Below are positions 25,801 to 41,911 of a stretch of 64,000 bases of DNA, in pieces. The stretch's first letter is position 1. Every line of letters starts with the position of its first letter. Source of the DNA: Malacoraja senta (Eukaryota); assembly GCA_038087875.1 (NCBI GenBank), contig CM075988.1, positions 9,364,001 through 9,428,000 of the forward strand, read 5' to 3'. Under the pieces are notes generated by a model, which was not told the DNA's origin, searched no databases, and saw only the letters and a list, made by a program, of their open reading frames with translations. Made by a program: the position numbers and the translations under genes.

Positions 25801-26574
25801 CTCCCAGCCGAACTCAATAGTGAGAAAGTCTTTAAACTGAATTTTCTTTACAGAATGTTTTCTAATTTATTAGCATTATTTTGTCCAGAAGAATATTTTG
25901 ATGAAAACATTATACTTATAGCAAGGAGCAGTGTGTTGTTCAAATTCTTTAAAGCCAAAAGTTGGGTCCCAAAGGTTTTGAGACAGCTCCCTTTGCAAAC
26001 AGCAATAGCCAAAACAGACAAACTTTCCCAACTTAACGTAGTCCAAAGAAAATAGAAAAATCCACAAAATGTAACAAAACATTTTATTTCAACTGGAAAA
26101 TAACCAATGTCATTGGCGGCACTGTGGCACAACGTTAGAGTTGGTGCCTTACAGCGGCAGAGACTGCGGGAGCTGTCTGTATGGAGATTGTACCTTCTCC
26201 CTGTGACTGCGTGGGTTTTCTCCGGGTGCTCCAGTTTCCTTCCATACTCCAAATATGTACAGATTGTAGGTTAATTGGCTTTGGTAAAATTGTAAAAGTG
26301 GTTCTTGTGTGTAGCGTAGTGTACGTGGTAATCGCTAAAGTTAGGAATAGGAAACTAAGACAATGTGCTGGAGTAAATTAGCAGGCCAGGCAGCATCTCT
26401 GGAGAACATAGATTGGTTTCGTTTTGGGACCATTTTTCAGACTGACTGTAGGTGGGGGGGGGGGGGATAAGACGCTTGAAAAAAGTGGGGGCAATCAGGG
26501 ATAGGAAGTTAGGTTAACAAATACCCCATTAGTAAAAGAATAAGATAAGTTTGGAACAAATATTTTTTATTTGA

Positions 26575-27590
26575 GAAAATAACTTGAATAGTTCAGTGGC
26601 CTTCATGACCTTGAGGTATCCAAAGCACTTTGCAAAGCATGATGTCCCCTACACTTCTCACCAACTTCTTCAGATGCACCATAGAAAGCATTTTATCAGG
26701 ATGCATCACAGCTTAGTTTTGGGGACAGCTCCATCCAAGACCGCAAGAAATTACAGCGAATTGTGGACCATCCCAGTCCATCACACAAACCAACCTCCCT
26801 TCTATTGACTCCTTTTATACTTCACGCTGCCTCAGCAAGGCCAGCAGCATAATCAAGGACGAGTCACACCTAGGCCATTCCCTCTTCTCCCCTCTTCCAT
26901 CAGGCAAAAGGTATAGAAGTGTGAAAATGCACACCTCCAGATTCAGGGACAGTTTCTTCCCAGCTGTTATCAGGCAACTGAAGCATCCAACCACAAGCAG
27001 AGAGCAGCGCTGAACTACTATCTACCTCTTTGGTGACCCTCGGGCTATCCTCGGACTTTGCTGGATTTTCCATGCACTAAACGTTATTCCCTTATCATGT
27101 GTATATATACACTGTAAATGGCTTGATTGTAATCATGTATTGTCTTTCTACTAACTGGACACAACAAAAGCTTTTCACTGTACCTCGGTTCATGTGACAA
27201 TAAACTAAACTGTAAACTGTAAACCATTTAAGTGCTTCGGAAGCTTTTGCACTGTAAGAAACACAACAATTAAAAGGCCAGAAATAGCATGTTAATATTT
27301 AGATAATCTGTTTGAGTGACGTTCCTTCAGGAATAAATTTCGGCCAAACACTGGGGAAAAACACTCCTCCTCTTCCCCCACATTGTGTCATGGCATCTTA
27401 AACATCCAACTAAGGGGGCAGACAAGGTCTCAGTTTAACAGTTCATACTAGTGACAAGACTCACTATCGTGCAGTGCCGAGATAGAACTCAAATGAAATG
27501 TCAGCCTGTTTTCTGCCCTCAAGTCCATGGAAAAGCCTCAACCTTCTGACTCTGAAGCAGATACATTACCAACTGAGGCACAGCTGATGC
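26575..27590 (-). mobile_element. Old DeuSINE (SacSINE1/AmnSINE-like) interrupted by a LINE
   Basis: Deu-domain-like catggcatcttaaacatcca..ggggcagacaaggtctcagtttaac and tRNA-like end aaccttctgactc..ccaactgaggcacagctga; tail piece at ~26585-26640. Confidence 0.6.
26640..27225 (+). mobile_element. Rex1/Babar-like LINE 3' end
   Basis: Decayed LTNFFRCTIESILSGCITA...LFSPLPSGKRYRS...RFRDSFFPAVIR; tail gtgacaataaactaaac. Confidence 0.85.
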
Positions 27591-27676
27591 CTTATCTTTT
27601 TCAAGACAGGTGATGATGATAGACTAAAGGAATTACTGTGTAGAATATTGAGGAAGTTGAACTGACAGCAGGAGAG

Positions 27677-27897
27677 ATAGACCCAAAATGCTGGAGTAAC
27701 TCAGCGGGACAGGCAGCGTCTCAGGAGAGAAGGAATGGGTGACGTTTCAGATCGAGATCCTACTGCAGACGGAAGAAGGATCTCGACCCATAACGTTACC
27801 CATCCCTTCTCTCCAGAGATGCTGCGTGTCCTGCTGAGTTACTCCAGCACTTAGTCTCTATCTTTGGTGTAACCAGCATCTGCAACCACTTCCTACA
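27677..27897. repeat. Inverted pair of Penelope pseudo-LTRs
   Basis: tgctggagtaactcagcgggac... followed by its reverse complement ...gtcctgctgagttactccagca. Confidence 0.75.
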
Positions 27898-28299
27898 CAG
27901 GAGGGATGTTGCCTGGTATGAAGAATATTTCTGATTATGCATTTTCTAGCAGGTATGCTAATTAACTTTAATTATACCATTGAGGCCAATGACTTTTTCA
28001 AGTGAACTTGTCAAATGAATGTGTTAGTTTGTTTGAGTTTTAGAACCATCAGTTGGAGTGCATGAGCCTGTGATTGTACAGTGAGGTCGAGCAATCGTAT
28101 TGCAAAGGGAAACAGCTCTCTGCACTATGAGATCAAAGGGAAATCCTTGCACAAGGTGTCAATTGCTGTTAATGTGAACGTCTTTGGTTCTGTTATAATA
28201 CAATACTGGCAATCCAGGATTTTAATTATAACATTTTGAACATTGAAACTGAATAAAGTGGATATTGAAAAACAGACATTTTAAGCAGAATGTCCCAAT

Positions 28300-29075
28300 G
28301 TCTTTTAAATGTTGTCATTGTACCAGCCTCAACCACTTCCTCTGGCAGTTCGTTCCACACTCTGTGTGGAAAAGGTTCTGGTTAAACCTTTCCCCTCTCA
28401 ATGTAAATCTATATCCTCTAGTTCTTGATTCTCTAGCCTTGGATAAAAGATTGGCATTCATCCTATCTATATACCTCATGGTTTTATACACATCTATAAG
28501 ATCACACTTCAGTCTCCTATGCTCCAGGTGGCGCCGACGGTGGCTGACTCGCCAACAGTCTCTCTCGTCTTTTTGCTTCTTTGTTGTTTTTAGTTTATTG
28601 TAAAATGTATGTTTTAGTGTACTTTTACTTTTGTATTATGTGGGATGTGGGAGGGGGGGGGGGGGGGAGGGGGTGTAGGGGAAACCACCTCTGGCATCGT
28701 ATTCCAGGCACCTTCTCTGCAAAAGCATGCCCTGCAAATCTCCTTTAAATTTTGCCTTTCTTACCTTAAAGCTATGCCCTCTAGTCTTTGACACTTTCAC
28801 GATGGGACTAGGTTTCTGACCTTATCTGCACCTCTCATTATTTTATTATCCTTCTATCAGCCTCTGATGCACCAGTGAAAACACTCAGTTTGTCCAACCA
28901 CTCCCTATAGCTTATACTGTCTAATCTCGGCAACATTCTGGTAAACCTCACCTGCACCCTTTCCAAAGCTTCCATATCCTTCCTGTAACAGGCCGATACT
29001 CTAATTGCTGCTGAACCAAAGTTCAATAAAGCTGCAACATGACTTCCTGTCTCTTGTACCTAATGCCCTGACTGA
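28300..29075 (-). mobile_element. CR1 LINE fragments with a short GC/T-rich insert (28528-28686)
   Basis: YRKDMEALERVQVRFTRMLPRL..ISYREWLDKL (ORF 28838-29026). Confidence 0.8.
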
Positions 29076-29096
29076 TGTAGGTAAGCAGATGGCAGA

Positions 29097-29380
29097 TTGG
29101 CGCAGCAGTAGAGTTGCTGTCTGACAGCTCCTGAGACCTGAGTTTGATTCTGACCATGGGTGTTGTATGTATTGGAGTTTGCACATTCTTTCATTGTCCA
29201 TGTGGGTTTTCCCCGGGTACTCCGTTTCCTCCCACGTTCCAAAGGCAAGAGGTTTTTAGGTTACATGGCTTCAGTTAATTGTCCCTATTATGTAGGATAG
29301 AACTGGTGTATGGCATATCGCTGGTCGATAAGGACAAGGTGGGCGGAAGGGCCTGTTTCCACGCTGTATCTCAAAACCAA
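29097..29380 (+). mobile_element. V-SINE
   Basis: Family head, V-domain and tail. Confidence 0.8.
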
Positions 29381-30309
29381 ACCATACACCTTCTTTTGGT
29401 GGGAAGGTCATAAAATCCTAATGAAGAGATGCTGTTCTCTGTTCTTCCATTGTACTTCATTAGAGTGCAGGAGGCAAAGCACAAAGAGTGGGACAAAGTT
29501 GGAGGTCTCTAGATTTCGGACAAAGGAGAATGGAGCGTGGACAGGCAAGTGTGCACGTGCAACACCTCACTATAGCCATCAGTGGTGGCTCTACCTTGCA
29601 TGGGGAGTGAGATTCTTGAAGAAATTGCCTGGGGTGTTTTTCAGTCGTTAATGACCAAACCTTACAATTACAATTTGCAAAGCAAAGTAGTTTTGTGCTC
29701 ATTTGTTTTTTTTAATAAACAAATTTCCTTTTAGCCTGAAGCAGATTTCATATAATGTTTTCTTGTGTGGATGAAATTATACTGAGTCAAATAGATTTCA
29801 GAAGAATCATGTGTTGTAATTTAAGCCTCATTGATTTTTTTTTAAACCAGACATGCATCATGCCATTTTGCTAACTTTCGCACATTTCAGCATAAAATGA
29901 TGCTGAAAGAAATTGATTTCCATATGAAGTTCAGGCAGCAAGTAGCGTGAAACATTAGTCCAGCCTTTACATTGCTTGTTAGAAATTGCTGGTTTAATTA
30001 CATTGCACGATTTTGCACATTGTTGAGAGGTAGCCAATTTTCTTGATGCATCTACAATGCGCAATGTATAGGAGCTGCAGACCTTTTTTTTTCAATTCAC
30101 TGATATCCCAGAAACCAGGTCAACATTTGTGCAAGGTAGACACAAAATGCTGGAGTAACTCAGCGGGCCAGGCAGCATCTCTGGAGAGATGGAATGGCTG
30201 ACGTTTTGGGTCGAGACCCTTATGCTCCATCTTGCCTCTGCATTTGAAAGAAATGGCTGTCGGAAAATATAGCACCACCATTTACTCATGAATGGAAACA
30301 TCGGGATGT

Positions 30310-30570
30310 ACCTTTAGAAAGGAGATGAGGAGGAATTTATTTTGCCAGATGGTGATGAACATTGGAACTCATTGCCCCAGGTGGCTGTGCAGTCCAAGGT
30401 ATTTTTTAAAAGGAGATTGACACATTCTTGATTAGTAAGGATGTCAAAGGTTGCGGGGAGAAGGCAGGAGAATGGGGTTGAGAGGGAGAGCTGGATCTGC
30501 CATGAAGGATTGGCGGATTAGACTCAATGGGTTGAATGGCCTAATTCTGCTCCTATGATTTATGGACTTC
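30310..30570 (+). mobile_element. CR1 3' end
   Basis: Reverse complement of the 1970-2250 CR1 end. Confidence 0.8.
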
Positions 30571-31644
30571 TACCAGCAAGGCGAAAAAGGCTGTATGCTT
30601 GTAAATGGGATTAGTGATTTTGACTTTGGGTGCTGTCTGCATGAAGTTTGGATGTTCTCCTTGTGACCACAAGGGTTTCTGCTGGGTGCTCTGCTTTCCT
30701 TCCACATCCCAAAGTCATATGTATTGGTGGTTCATTGGTCATTGTAAATTGGTGCTAATGAGTTGGTGAGTAATAGAGTTGGGGGTAGTTGGTGGGGAGA
30801 AAATAATGGGATTAACGTATGATTAATGTATAGGTGTTAATAGGTGTTTGATGGTTGTAGTGAACTTGGTTGGCAGAGAGCCTGTTTCTGTGCTGTATCT
30901 CTCTATGACTCTAAGACTCCTTGAAGGGATGATGGAAACAGTTATTAGCTAAATAGTTACTCTTTTAGATAGGAGAAATGAAACAGTTGCCTGGGTACAT
31001 ATGCACTAATTTAGTTTAGAGATACAGTGTGGAAACAGGCTCTTTGGCCCACCATGTCTGCACCAACCAACGATCACCTGTACAATAGTTCTATCCTTAC
31101 TATGAACAATTTACAGAAGCCAATTAACCTACACACCTGCAGGTCTTTGGTGTGCGGGAGGAAACTGGCGCACCCTGAGAAAACACACACAGTTACAGGG
31201 AGAACGTACTGTGATTTTTGGCGGACTGTGTGGGGTGGGAGGACCTGTTGCTCCTCCCGTGCAGCAGGTGGTGCTGCACAGGACAAAGGGAGATGTTTTG
31301 TATATAGTTTATCCTGCCTGTATACAGTGTGTGTGTGCTGCCATTTTGAGTTGTCTTGCTGCCAGCATTGGGTAAAGCATTAAAGACTTTTGTTGTAAAT
31401 TGAAGACTCTCAAATTTTGTGCAGACCTAGAAAATGAACATGAAAGTGGTGTCAGGACTGGGATACTTCGGATTGCATCCAAAGACCCAGATACGAGCCT
31501 AATTTACGATTTTTTTAATATATAAATTTTTTTTGAGTTCTGTAGTGTACTGAAACTAACGTGTCTCGGCAATTTGATCGTTTCGATCCCGAGCGAGAAA
31601 GGTGGTCGCCGTATTTAATGCGCGCTGAGTTTTAATTTGAAAGT

Positions 31645-32418
31645 ATGGCAATTGAGACTGACCAGAGGAAGAAGGCTCTCTTGTGTTCATCAATGTCTCC
31701 AGAAACTTTTGCACTGCTTCAAAATTTACTTACAGAAGAAGTAACTGAAGCCTCATATGCTGAAATCACGACGACTTTGCAGCTGCATTTCGAAGAAAGT
31801 CAAAATTTCTTCACAGCTCGCCTTGATTTCTACAGGATGGTGCAACAGGAAGGGCAATCGATTATGGAATTTCTTGCCGAACTTCACACCAAGGCAAAGG
31901 CATGTAATTTTAAAACTGAATGCTGTGAAAAGTGCCAAGACAATGCGGTGTGGGATAGACTGGCCATGGGCAGCAGGCACGCATTCATCCAGCAGGCGAT
32001 TCTCAAGGAATTGGATGCCTCATTGAAGAATGTGCTGCAGTGTGCAAAGATGGCCAAGGAGCTGAGTAAAGAACTGCACAAAATGGCCAGCGAAACAGCG
32101 TTGAAGCTCCCTCAGGAGGTGCATACAGTTTGTCAGACTCGTCTGCAACGCCAGAAACGAGTTGATCGACCCAGAGCAAATCGGGAGAAGGAGGGACAGT
32201 TTCAGAAGAGCCGTTCCCCTGTGGGGGGAGGATCGAAACCCAGCTACCGGTGCGGCTCGACTGCTCATCATCACCGTGAGTGCCCGTATATCAAGTCCGT
32301 TTGTTATGCCTGTTACCCAAAAGGTCATCTCCAGGCAGTGTGTCAATCTGTAGGAAAGCTGAGAAAGGGCAAGGAAGTGCAAAACAGTCGACCAATTCAC
32401 GGAGACCATTCCTATTGA
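31645..32418 (+). pseudogene. Gypsy gag with two CCHC-type knuckles
   Basis: (S)YRCGSTAHHHREC and CYACYPKGHLQAVC; the frame continues upstream through a stop. Confidence 0.85.
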
Positions 32419-32419
32419 A

Positions 32420-33080
32420 GTGCTCGGTGTGTCTATCATCACCGACAAGCCGAGGATTTCGCTGCCGGTCTCAAACGTCGATCTACAGTTTCAGGTGGAC
32501 ACTGGTGCGGCTGTGTCGCTAGTGGGTCAGGACATCTGGGAGAGGATCGGATCGCCGAAACTGAAACCGGCCAACATCCGATTTTCAGATACGGACGACA
32601 GTCCATTCCCACGAAAGGCAAATGCACTGTCGCCGTTTCCTGTAATGGTATGACACAGATGTTGCCGCTGATCGTCGTTGGTAAAGAAGGTACATCCCTG
32701 TGTGTCATCGACTGGATCCATGCTTTCAAGCTTGACATGAACGCCTTGATCTATGATGGATCAACTATGGTATTGTCATGTACCACGGATTGCAACATGA
32801 TCAGCAAGTGCAAGAATAACCTACGATAATAGGACGTCTAATGGCACTGGTCCAAAGAGTGTGACCATGCATTCACCAGGTTGAAGGAGATGCTCGCCCA
32901 GAAGACGCGTTTGGTCCACTATGACCCATCGAAGCCGATCTCGCTGGCCGCCGATGCATCACCATATGGTCATGGAGCTGTAATCTCACAAACGGCGCCG
33001 AACAGCAAGGAAGAACCAATTGCGTTCGCATCCAAAACACTGAAGACCGCCGAGAAAAACTACACCCAAGTGGAGAAAGA
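32420..33080 (+). pseudogene. Gypsy pol remnants: aspartic protease and RNase H-like; RT core and integrase deleted
   Basis: FQVDTGAAVSLV; LVHYDPSKPISLAADASPYG.GAVI...PIAFASKTL..AEKNYTQVEKE. Confidence 0.88.
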
Positions 33081-34540
33081 ACAGCATACAGATAAAGCAA
33101 ATACTGATATCTATTCAAAAGGGAACACTGAGGAAAACTTTGTTGATTCTGAGCCTTTAGCAAGAGTTGTGAAATGCAAAAAAGGCTGGAAAAAAAGAGT
33201 GAAGCTTGGTCCAGCTAAATGGAGACGTTCAAACTGGAAAGGGGGAATGCGATGTTTGGTGGACTGTGTGGGGTGGTCCCGTGCAGCATGTGGGGCTGCA
33301 CAGGACAAAGGGAGATGTTTTGTATATAGTTTATCCTGCCTGTAGACAGTGTGTGTGTGTGCAGCCATTTTGAGCTGCCTTGCTGCCAGCATTGTGTAAA
33401 GCATTAAAGACTTCTGTTGTAAATTGAAGACTCTCAAGTTTTGTGCAGACCTAGAAAGCGTACGTACAAGATCTGTAGAGCCAGCAGTCTTAGTCAGAGA
33501 AAGATGTAAAGAGAAGAACAGAATGCATGGGGAGGGTGAGGTCTGGATCCATTTGTGTGGTATCTATCTCCTTTAGCAAGGTAGGGGTGATTTCCTATTG
33601 AAAACCAACCATTGCAAAATTAAACCTTCCATCTCCAGGAGCAGTTCACTAGAGTACAGCTGTTACTTTCTCAGTCATTCATGCATGCAATGACATTATC
33701 AATGTGCACAGCCCTTATTTCTGCCTTACCACAGACATTAGATGAATAATGTGCATACTAGTATCTGTGTGTCCATGCCGAACATGATGCCAAGTTAGGA
33801 CACAGCGTGCTGAAGCAATTCCGTGGGTGAGGCAGCATCTCCGTAGAACATGGATCTAGGTGACATTTCAGGTCAGGATATTTCTTCAGGCAGGTTAAAC
33901 CATTCTCCCATTCCTGCATGTGATCCATATCCCTCCATTCCCTGCATATCCATGTGCTTAGCCAAAAGCTTGGTAAATGTCACTATTGTATCTGTTTCCA
34001 CCACCACCCCTTGATTATCTGATGAGGTTTTATCCAAATGGGTACGTGACAAATTCAACGTGAGGAGTCCGATTATGTTCTTTTTTAATTTGCATTGTAA
34101 AATATCACCACGATTTCAAAATGTATCTATCACGCCATGCAACTCAATTTCAACATCACAAAATCAGACATCATTCACTCAGTAAGAGTATTCCAAACTC
34201 ACTGGAATAAAAAAAACACATTTAACTTTGTTTCCTGGCCAGTTATTGCGACCCTTTATTCTTCTGCTATGGACCCTACAGTCAATAAAAATGGTTTCTT
34301 CTTATTTCACAAAACCAATCATCTTGAACACTATTAAATCGGCCTATAATCTTCTTTACCCTAATCCTATGTGAACATAAAGTCAATGCTCCCAGCCTCT
34401 GGTTTATTGACCAAATGCCCCATTTATAAGCAGTTATCTGATACATAAAGCGATATTAATTAATAACTGGATTTTGTAACTTTATGTGTCCCAAGCTAGA
34501 CTGTGGAAGATTGTGAAAATTCTTGAAAATAATTAATATG

Positions 34541-34846
34541 GGCGGTACAGTGGCACAGTGGTGGAGTTGCTGCCATACAACACCAGAGACTCGGATTTGA
34601 TCCAAACTATGGGGGCTGTCTGTACGCAGTTAGACACACACTTAGCGGGTGAGGCAACATCTATGGAGAGAAGGAATAGGCGACGTGACCTGTGTGGGTT
34701 TTCTTCATGAGCTTCTAACATGGCGATATAATTTTAAATTGTCCCAAATGTGTGTAGGATAGTGTTAGTGTGCAGGGATCGCTGGTTGACGTGGACTCGG
34801 TGGGCCGAAGGCCCTGTTTCTGTGCTGTACCTATAAACTAAACTAA
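34541..34846 (+). mobile_element. V-SINE containing a short Penelope-pLTR patch (~34632-34686)
   Basis: SINE head and tail flank agacacacacttagcgggtgaggcaacatctatggagag. Confidence 0.75.
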
Positions 34847-35344
34847 AAAAAATAAAATTTAGCGGACAGTATTTCCAAAGTGAACAACATGCATAAAATA
34901 AAGAACATGCTGGATGATTCTTCAACACTTGAATGACAAGCTGTATCAGTAATGTTTATTTTCATGTTTGAATATTTTAGCAGTGAGATGCATTCGCTAA
35001 ATATTTACAATCACATCTTGCATTTTGTCCTCACATAATGTAATGTTTCTTGTATTTTTTCCACAAGTTTGATTTTCAGAAGTTTGAAAACCTTTTTTTT
35101 TGTTTTCGACTCAACTGCAAAATAATTATACAGAGCAAGTAGCAATGTTTATCTTTGGGATCTATGATGATTTCCTTCAGGGGACCACTCCAATTGAAGA
35201 GGGTGGAATGCTGTTGTAAAGTGGAGGTGAATTGAGCCCTCTTTTAAATGTAGATAGATATACAATGCTGGAGTGACTCAGCGGGACAAGTAGCATCTCT
35301 GGAGAGGTTTGGGTGACATTTTGGGTCGAGGCCCTCCTTCAGAC

Positions 35345-38617
<3,273 letters not shown>

Positions 38618-40803
38618 TTCAGACTGATGTCAGGGGAGAAGGAAATAAATAGATAGGAAGTGTAAGGTGTGAAAACAGGACAAAGGGGTGGAGATCAAGG
38701 ACAATATAGAATAGATCATTGTTAGCTGGGAGAAGGTAACAACAAAGCAAACAGAGATAAAATGTAGTCAGAGACAGTCAGATTGGTCAGAGATCTGGGA
38801 AGGGGGAGTGAAGGAGAGAGATGGAAATCAAGGGTTACTTGAAGTTAAAGAAGTCAATGTTCATACTGCTGAGGTGTAAGCTGCCCAAGTGAAATATAAG
38901 GTTCTTCCTTCAATTTTCACTGGGCCTCACTCTGACAATGGATGTCAGTGTGGGAATGGGAGGGGGAGTTAAAGTGTTTAGCAAACAGGAGATCAGGTAG
39001 ATTTATGTGGATTGAGCTTAACCCTTTTAAATGTGCTATCTTTCAACAGAATAAACCTTCATCTTTTGCTTTCTGAGAAGTTCAGATGGAATGAATATGT
39101 GGTAGTATATAAAAAAAGTGTTTTGTCATCTGCTGAATGGGTAGTCCAGTGATTATAAAGTTGGGCTCCTACTACAGACATCTTGGGCTAAGATGACACC
39201 AAGGAGAATGCCATTGGCAACCAGCTCCTTTACTAGAAACAAGGAACTGCAGATGCTGATTTACAAAACAAGACACTAAGCACTGGTATAACTTAGCATG
39301 TCAGCCAGCATCCCTGGAGAACATGGATAGGGAGCGTTTTGGGTTGGGATCCTCCTTCAGACTGATTGTATGGAGTTGGGGGGGAAGATCTCTAGAAGAA
39401 AGGAAGGGCAGGACAAAGCGTGACAGTTAATAGGTGAACAAAGGCGAGGAGGTGTGTGAAATAATTTCCAGGTACCAGTCTATGATATCTTTGTTCAGTC
39501 TGATATGTAACTCCAATCCAGTTCAATCTTATAGAGTCAAGGGGTTGTACAGGGCAGATACAGACCCTTCAGCCCACCATGTCAATGCTGACCTTTGTAT
39601 TTAGTAATACCAAACCCATTTACCTGCATTTGGTTCATGGCCTTTCATGCATTGGTGAACCAAATGCTTTTTATAAACTACTAGAGAGGTACTGCATGAT
39701 TATTAGGGATGAGTAATAAAACACTGTCCTGGCAGTATTACCTGAATCTGTGAAAAATAATATCAAATTGTCACACCCCATAGAGTGTATCGTCTTCCTT
39801 ACAGGAGTTTGGGTAATGGGCATTCACTCATCACCTACAACACTAAAATCGAACTTAACTGGACTTTATCTTGCACTAAACGTTATTCCCTATATCCTGT
39901 ATCTGTACACTGGACAGCTTGATTGTACCCTCCATTCTCTATGCATAAGAACTTGCTCCGCACATTTCCTTTAAACTTTCACCCACTCACCTTAAAGCTA
40001 TGCTCCCTAGTATTTGACATTTCCAAATGTCAAAAGTTTTATGGTAATAAATTCTATATTTATACCCAAATAAATTCCATAATAAACACAATCTAATTTT
40101 ACCCTTTCTTTGTTGCACAAATATCTCATATCGTTGTCTTATGGTTTTTGGCCGATCTATAAGGGAACCTTCTCTATTCTACACATATATTAAAACCTGT
40201 CATTATGCACACCAGAGGAAATCACCCCCGAATCTCCAATCACCCCCAAACTGTACAACTCCTCCCCCGTCTGTCGAGGGGTAGGCTGAGACTGACTCTC
40301 CTCCCTCATCCCTCTCCGATCTTTGCACATCCCCAATCCTTTCCACTCCTCACTTCAATTTCAGGTTTCATGTATTTTGTGTTTTTATGACTGTTGGCTG
40401 ATCAATTTCCCTCCTGGGATAAATAAAGTTCTATCATATCGTATCATATCGTAATCTTTTCCTGCACGAAAGAAAACTTCTCTTGTCTCTCCATATTCTG
40501 AAGTCCTTTCCTCCCCTGCCACATTCCGGTAAATCTTCTCTGCAATGCTCTCTTGATAATCCTTCATTAGGTATGGTGCCAGCGCTGGATAAAACGCTCC
40601 AGCTGTGTTTAACCAGCATTTAACATTAACTTCCATTTTCTGATGTCTCTCAAGTATCATGTTGAAAAAGTAGTTTCCAGGCCTAATGATATTATCTTGC
40701 ACGGTTGCACAGAGGATGACATTTAATTAAATATGTGCATGGCATACCGCTGTCATTTTGGCCGTGTAGATCTAATTATGGTGCCCCACTGTATATCCAA
40801 CTC

Positions 40804-41083
40804 ATAAGTACTGCACATTAAAACTAAAGAACAGAACTAGCCATAAAGAATAGGTACCCTCCATAAAATGCACATGAATGTTGTGCTCAAACCTCAAACA
40901 AAAGACATGCATTTCTGTATTGAATATTCACTTGGAGGATTATAAGTACTGCACATTAAAACTGAAGAACTGAACTAACTATGAAGAATAGATACCCTCT
41001 CCATAATCCACATGAATGCAGCACTCAAACGTCGAAGAAAAGACATGCATTTCTGTATCGAATATTTACTTGGAGGATTATAA
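40804..41083. repeat. Diverged ~138-bp tandem duplication
   Basis: ataagtactgcacattaaaact...cttggaggatt starting at 40804 and 40942. Confidence 0.9.
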
Positions 41084-41424
41084 ATTTCTTCATTGGTTTT
41101 CCTGAAGGTATCTGTAATTTCTTCTCCTTTGCATCTCTGTTACAAATGATAATTTTCTGCACAGTCGAAGAAGTCTTGGCAGATAGACCCTGGAGGATTA
41201 CAGACTGCTGCTTGCCTCAACCTGCTGTCTTCATGGATTAAATTCTAATGATTTCAGGATGTCATTCTGAAAGGCATCCTGAATAAAATCTAAAGTTGAA
41301 ACTAGGTCACAAGTAAAATGCTATCAAACTGATACATAATATGAATAAAGAGGAGACGGAGGGAACTGCAGATGCTGGAGTCTTGAGCAACACACAAAGT
41401 GCAAGAGGGACAATGTGCTACAAT

Positions 41425-41700
41425 GGCGGCACAGTGGCACAGCAGTAGAGTTGCTGCCATCGAGACCCGGGTTCGATCTTGACTATGTGTGCTCTCTGTA
41501 AAAAGTTTGCACATTCTCCTTGTGTCCACATGGGTTTTCTCCAGGTGCTCTGGTTTCCTCCCACACTCCAAAGACGTATAGGTTAATTGGCTTCTGTAAG
41601 TTGTCCCTAATGTGTTGGATAGTGCTGGTGTACGGGGTGATGGCTGGTTGGGGTGGACTCGGTGGGCCAATGGGCCTGTTTCCATGCTTTATCTCTAAAA
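41425..41700 (+). mobile_element. V-SINE
   Basis: Family head, B-box, V-domain and tail. Confidence 0.85.
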
Positions 41701-41774
41701 ACTCAGCCTGGTCAGGCAGCATCTGTGGAGGAAATGGACAGAAGGTATTTTGAGTCGGGATCCAAACCATATAC

Positions 41775-41910
41775 ACGTCCCCAACCCTGCACTGCATGTT
41801 TCTATCTCCTTCTCAAAATCCACAAGCAGGACTGCCTTGGCAGACCCATTGTTCCAGTCACTCTTAACCCATTTCCAAACACCTCGATTCTAGCTTGTCC
41901 CCTCTTGTTC
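41775..41910 (+). pseudogene. Penelope reverse-transcriptase fragment
   Basis: PQPCTACFYLLLKIHKQDCLGRPIV matches the PLE FY.LPKIHK...RPIV motif. Confidence 0.8.
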
Positions 41911-41911
41911 A

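Larger units (their letters stand above)
31210..33462 (+). mobile_element. Gypsy LTR retrotransposon, internally deleted, inserted in a V-SINE
   Basis: LTRs ~31210-31444 and ~33248-33462; PBS TGGTGTCAGGACTGGGAT (tRNA-Leu-like) 31447-31464; PPT 33235-33247; probable TSD CGTAC at 31205-31209 and 33463-33467. Confidence 0.93.

Noticed and set aside
29464..29610. Exon candidate after a pyrimidine tract
   Set aside because: Ambiguous frame and donor; no recognisable protein.
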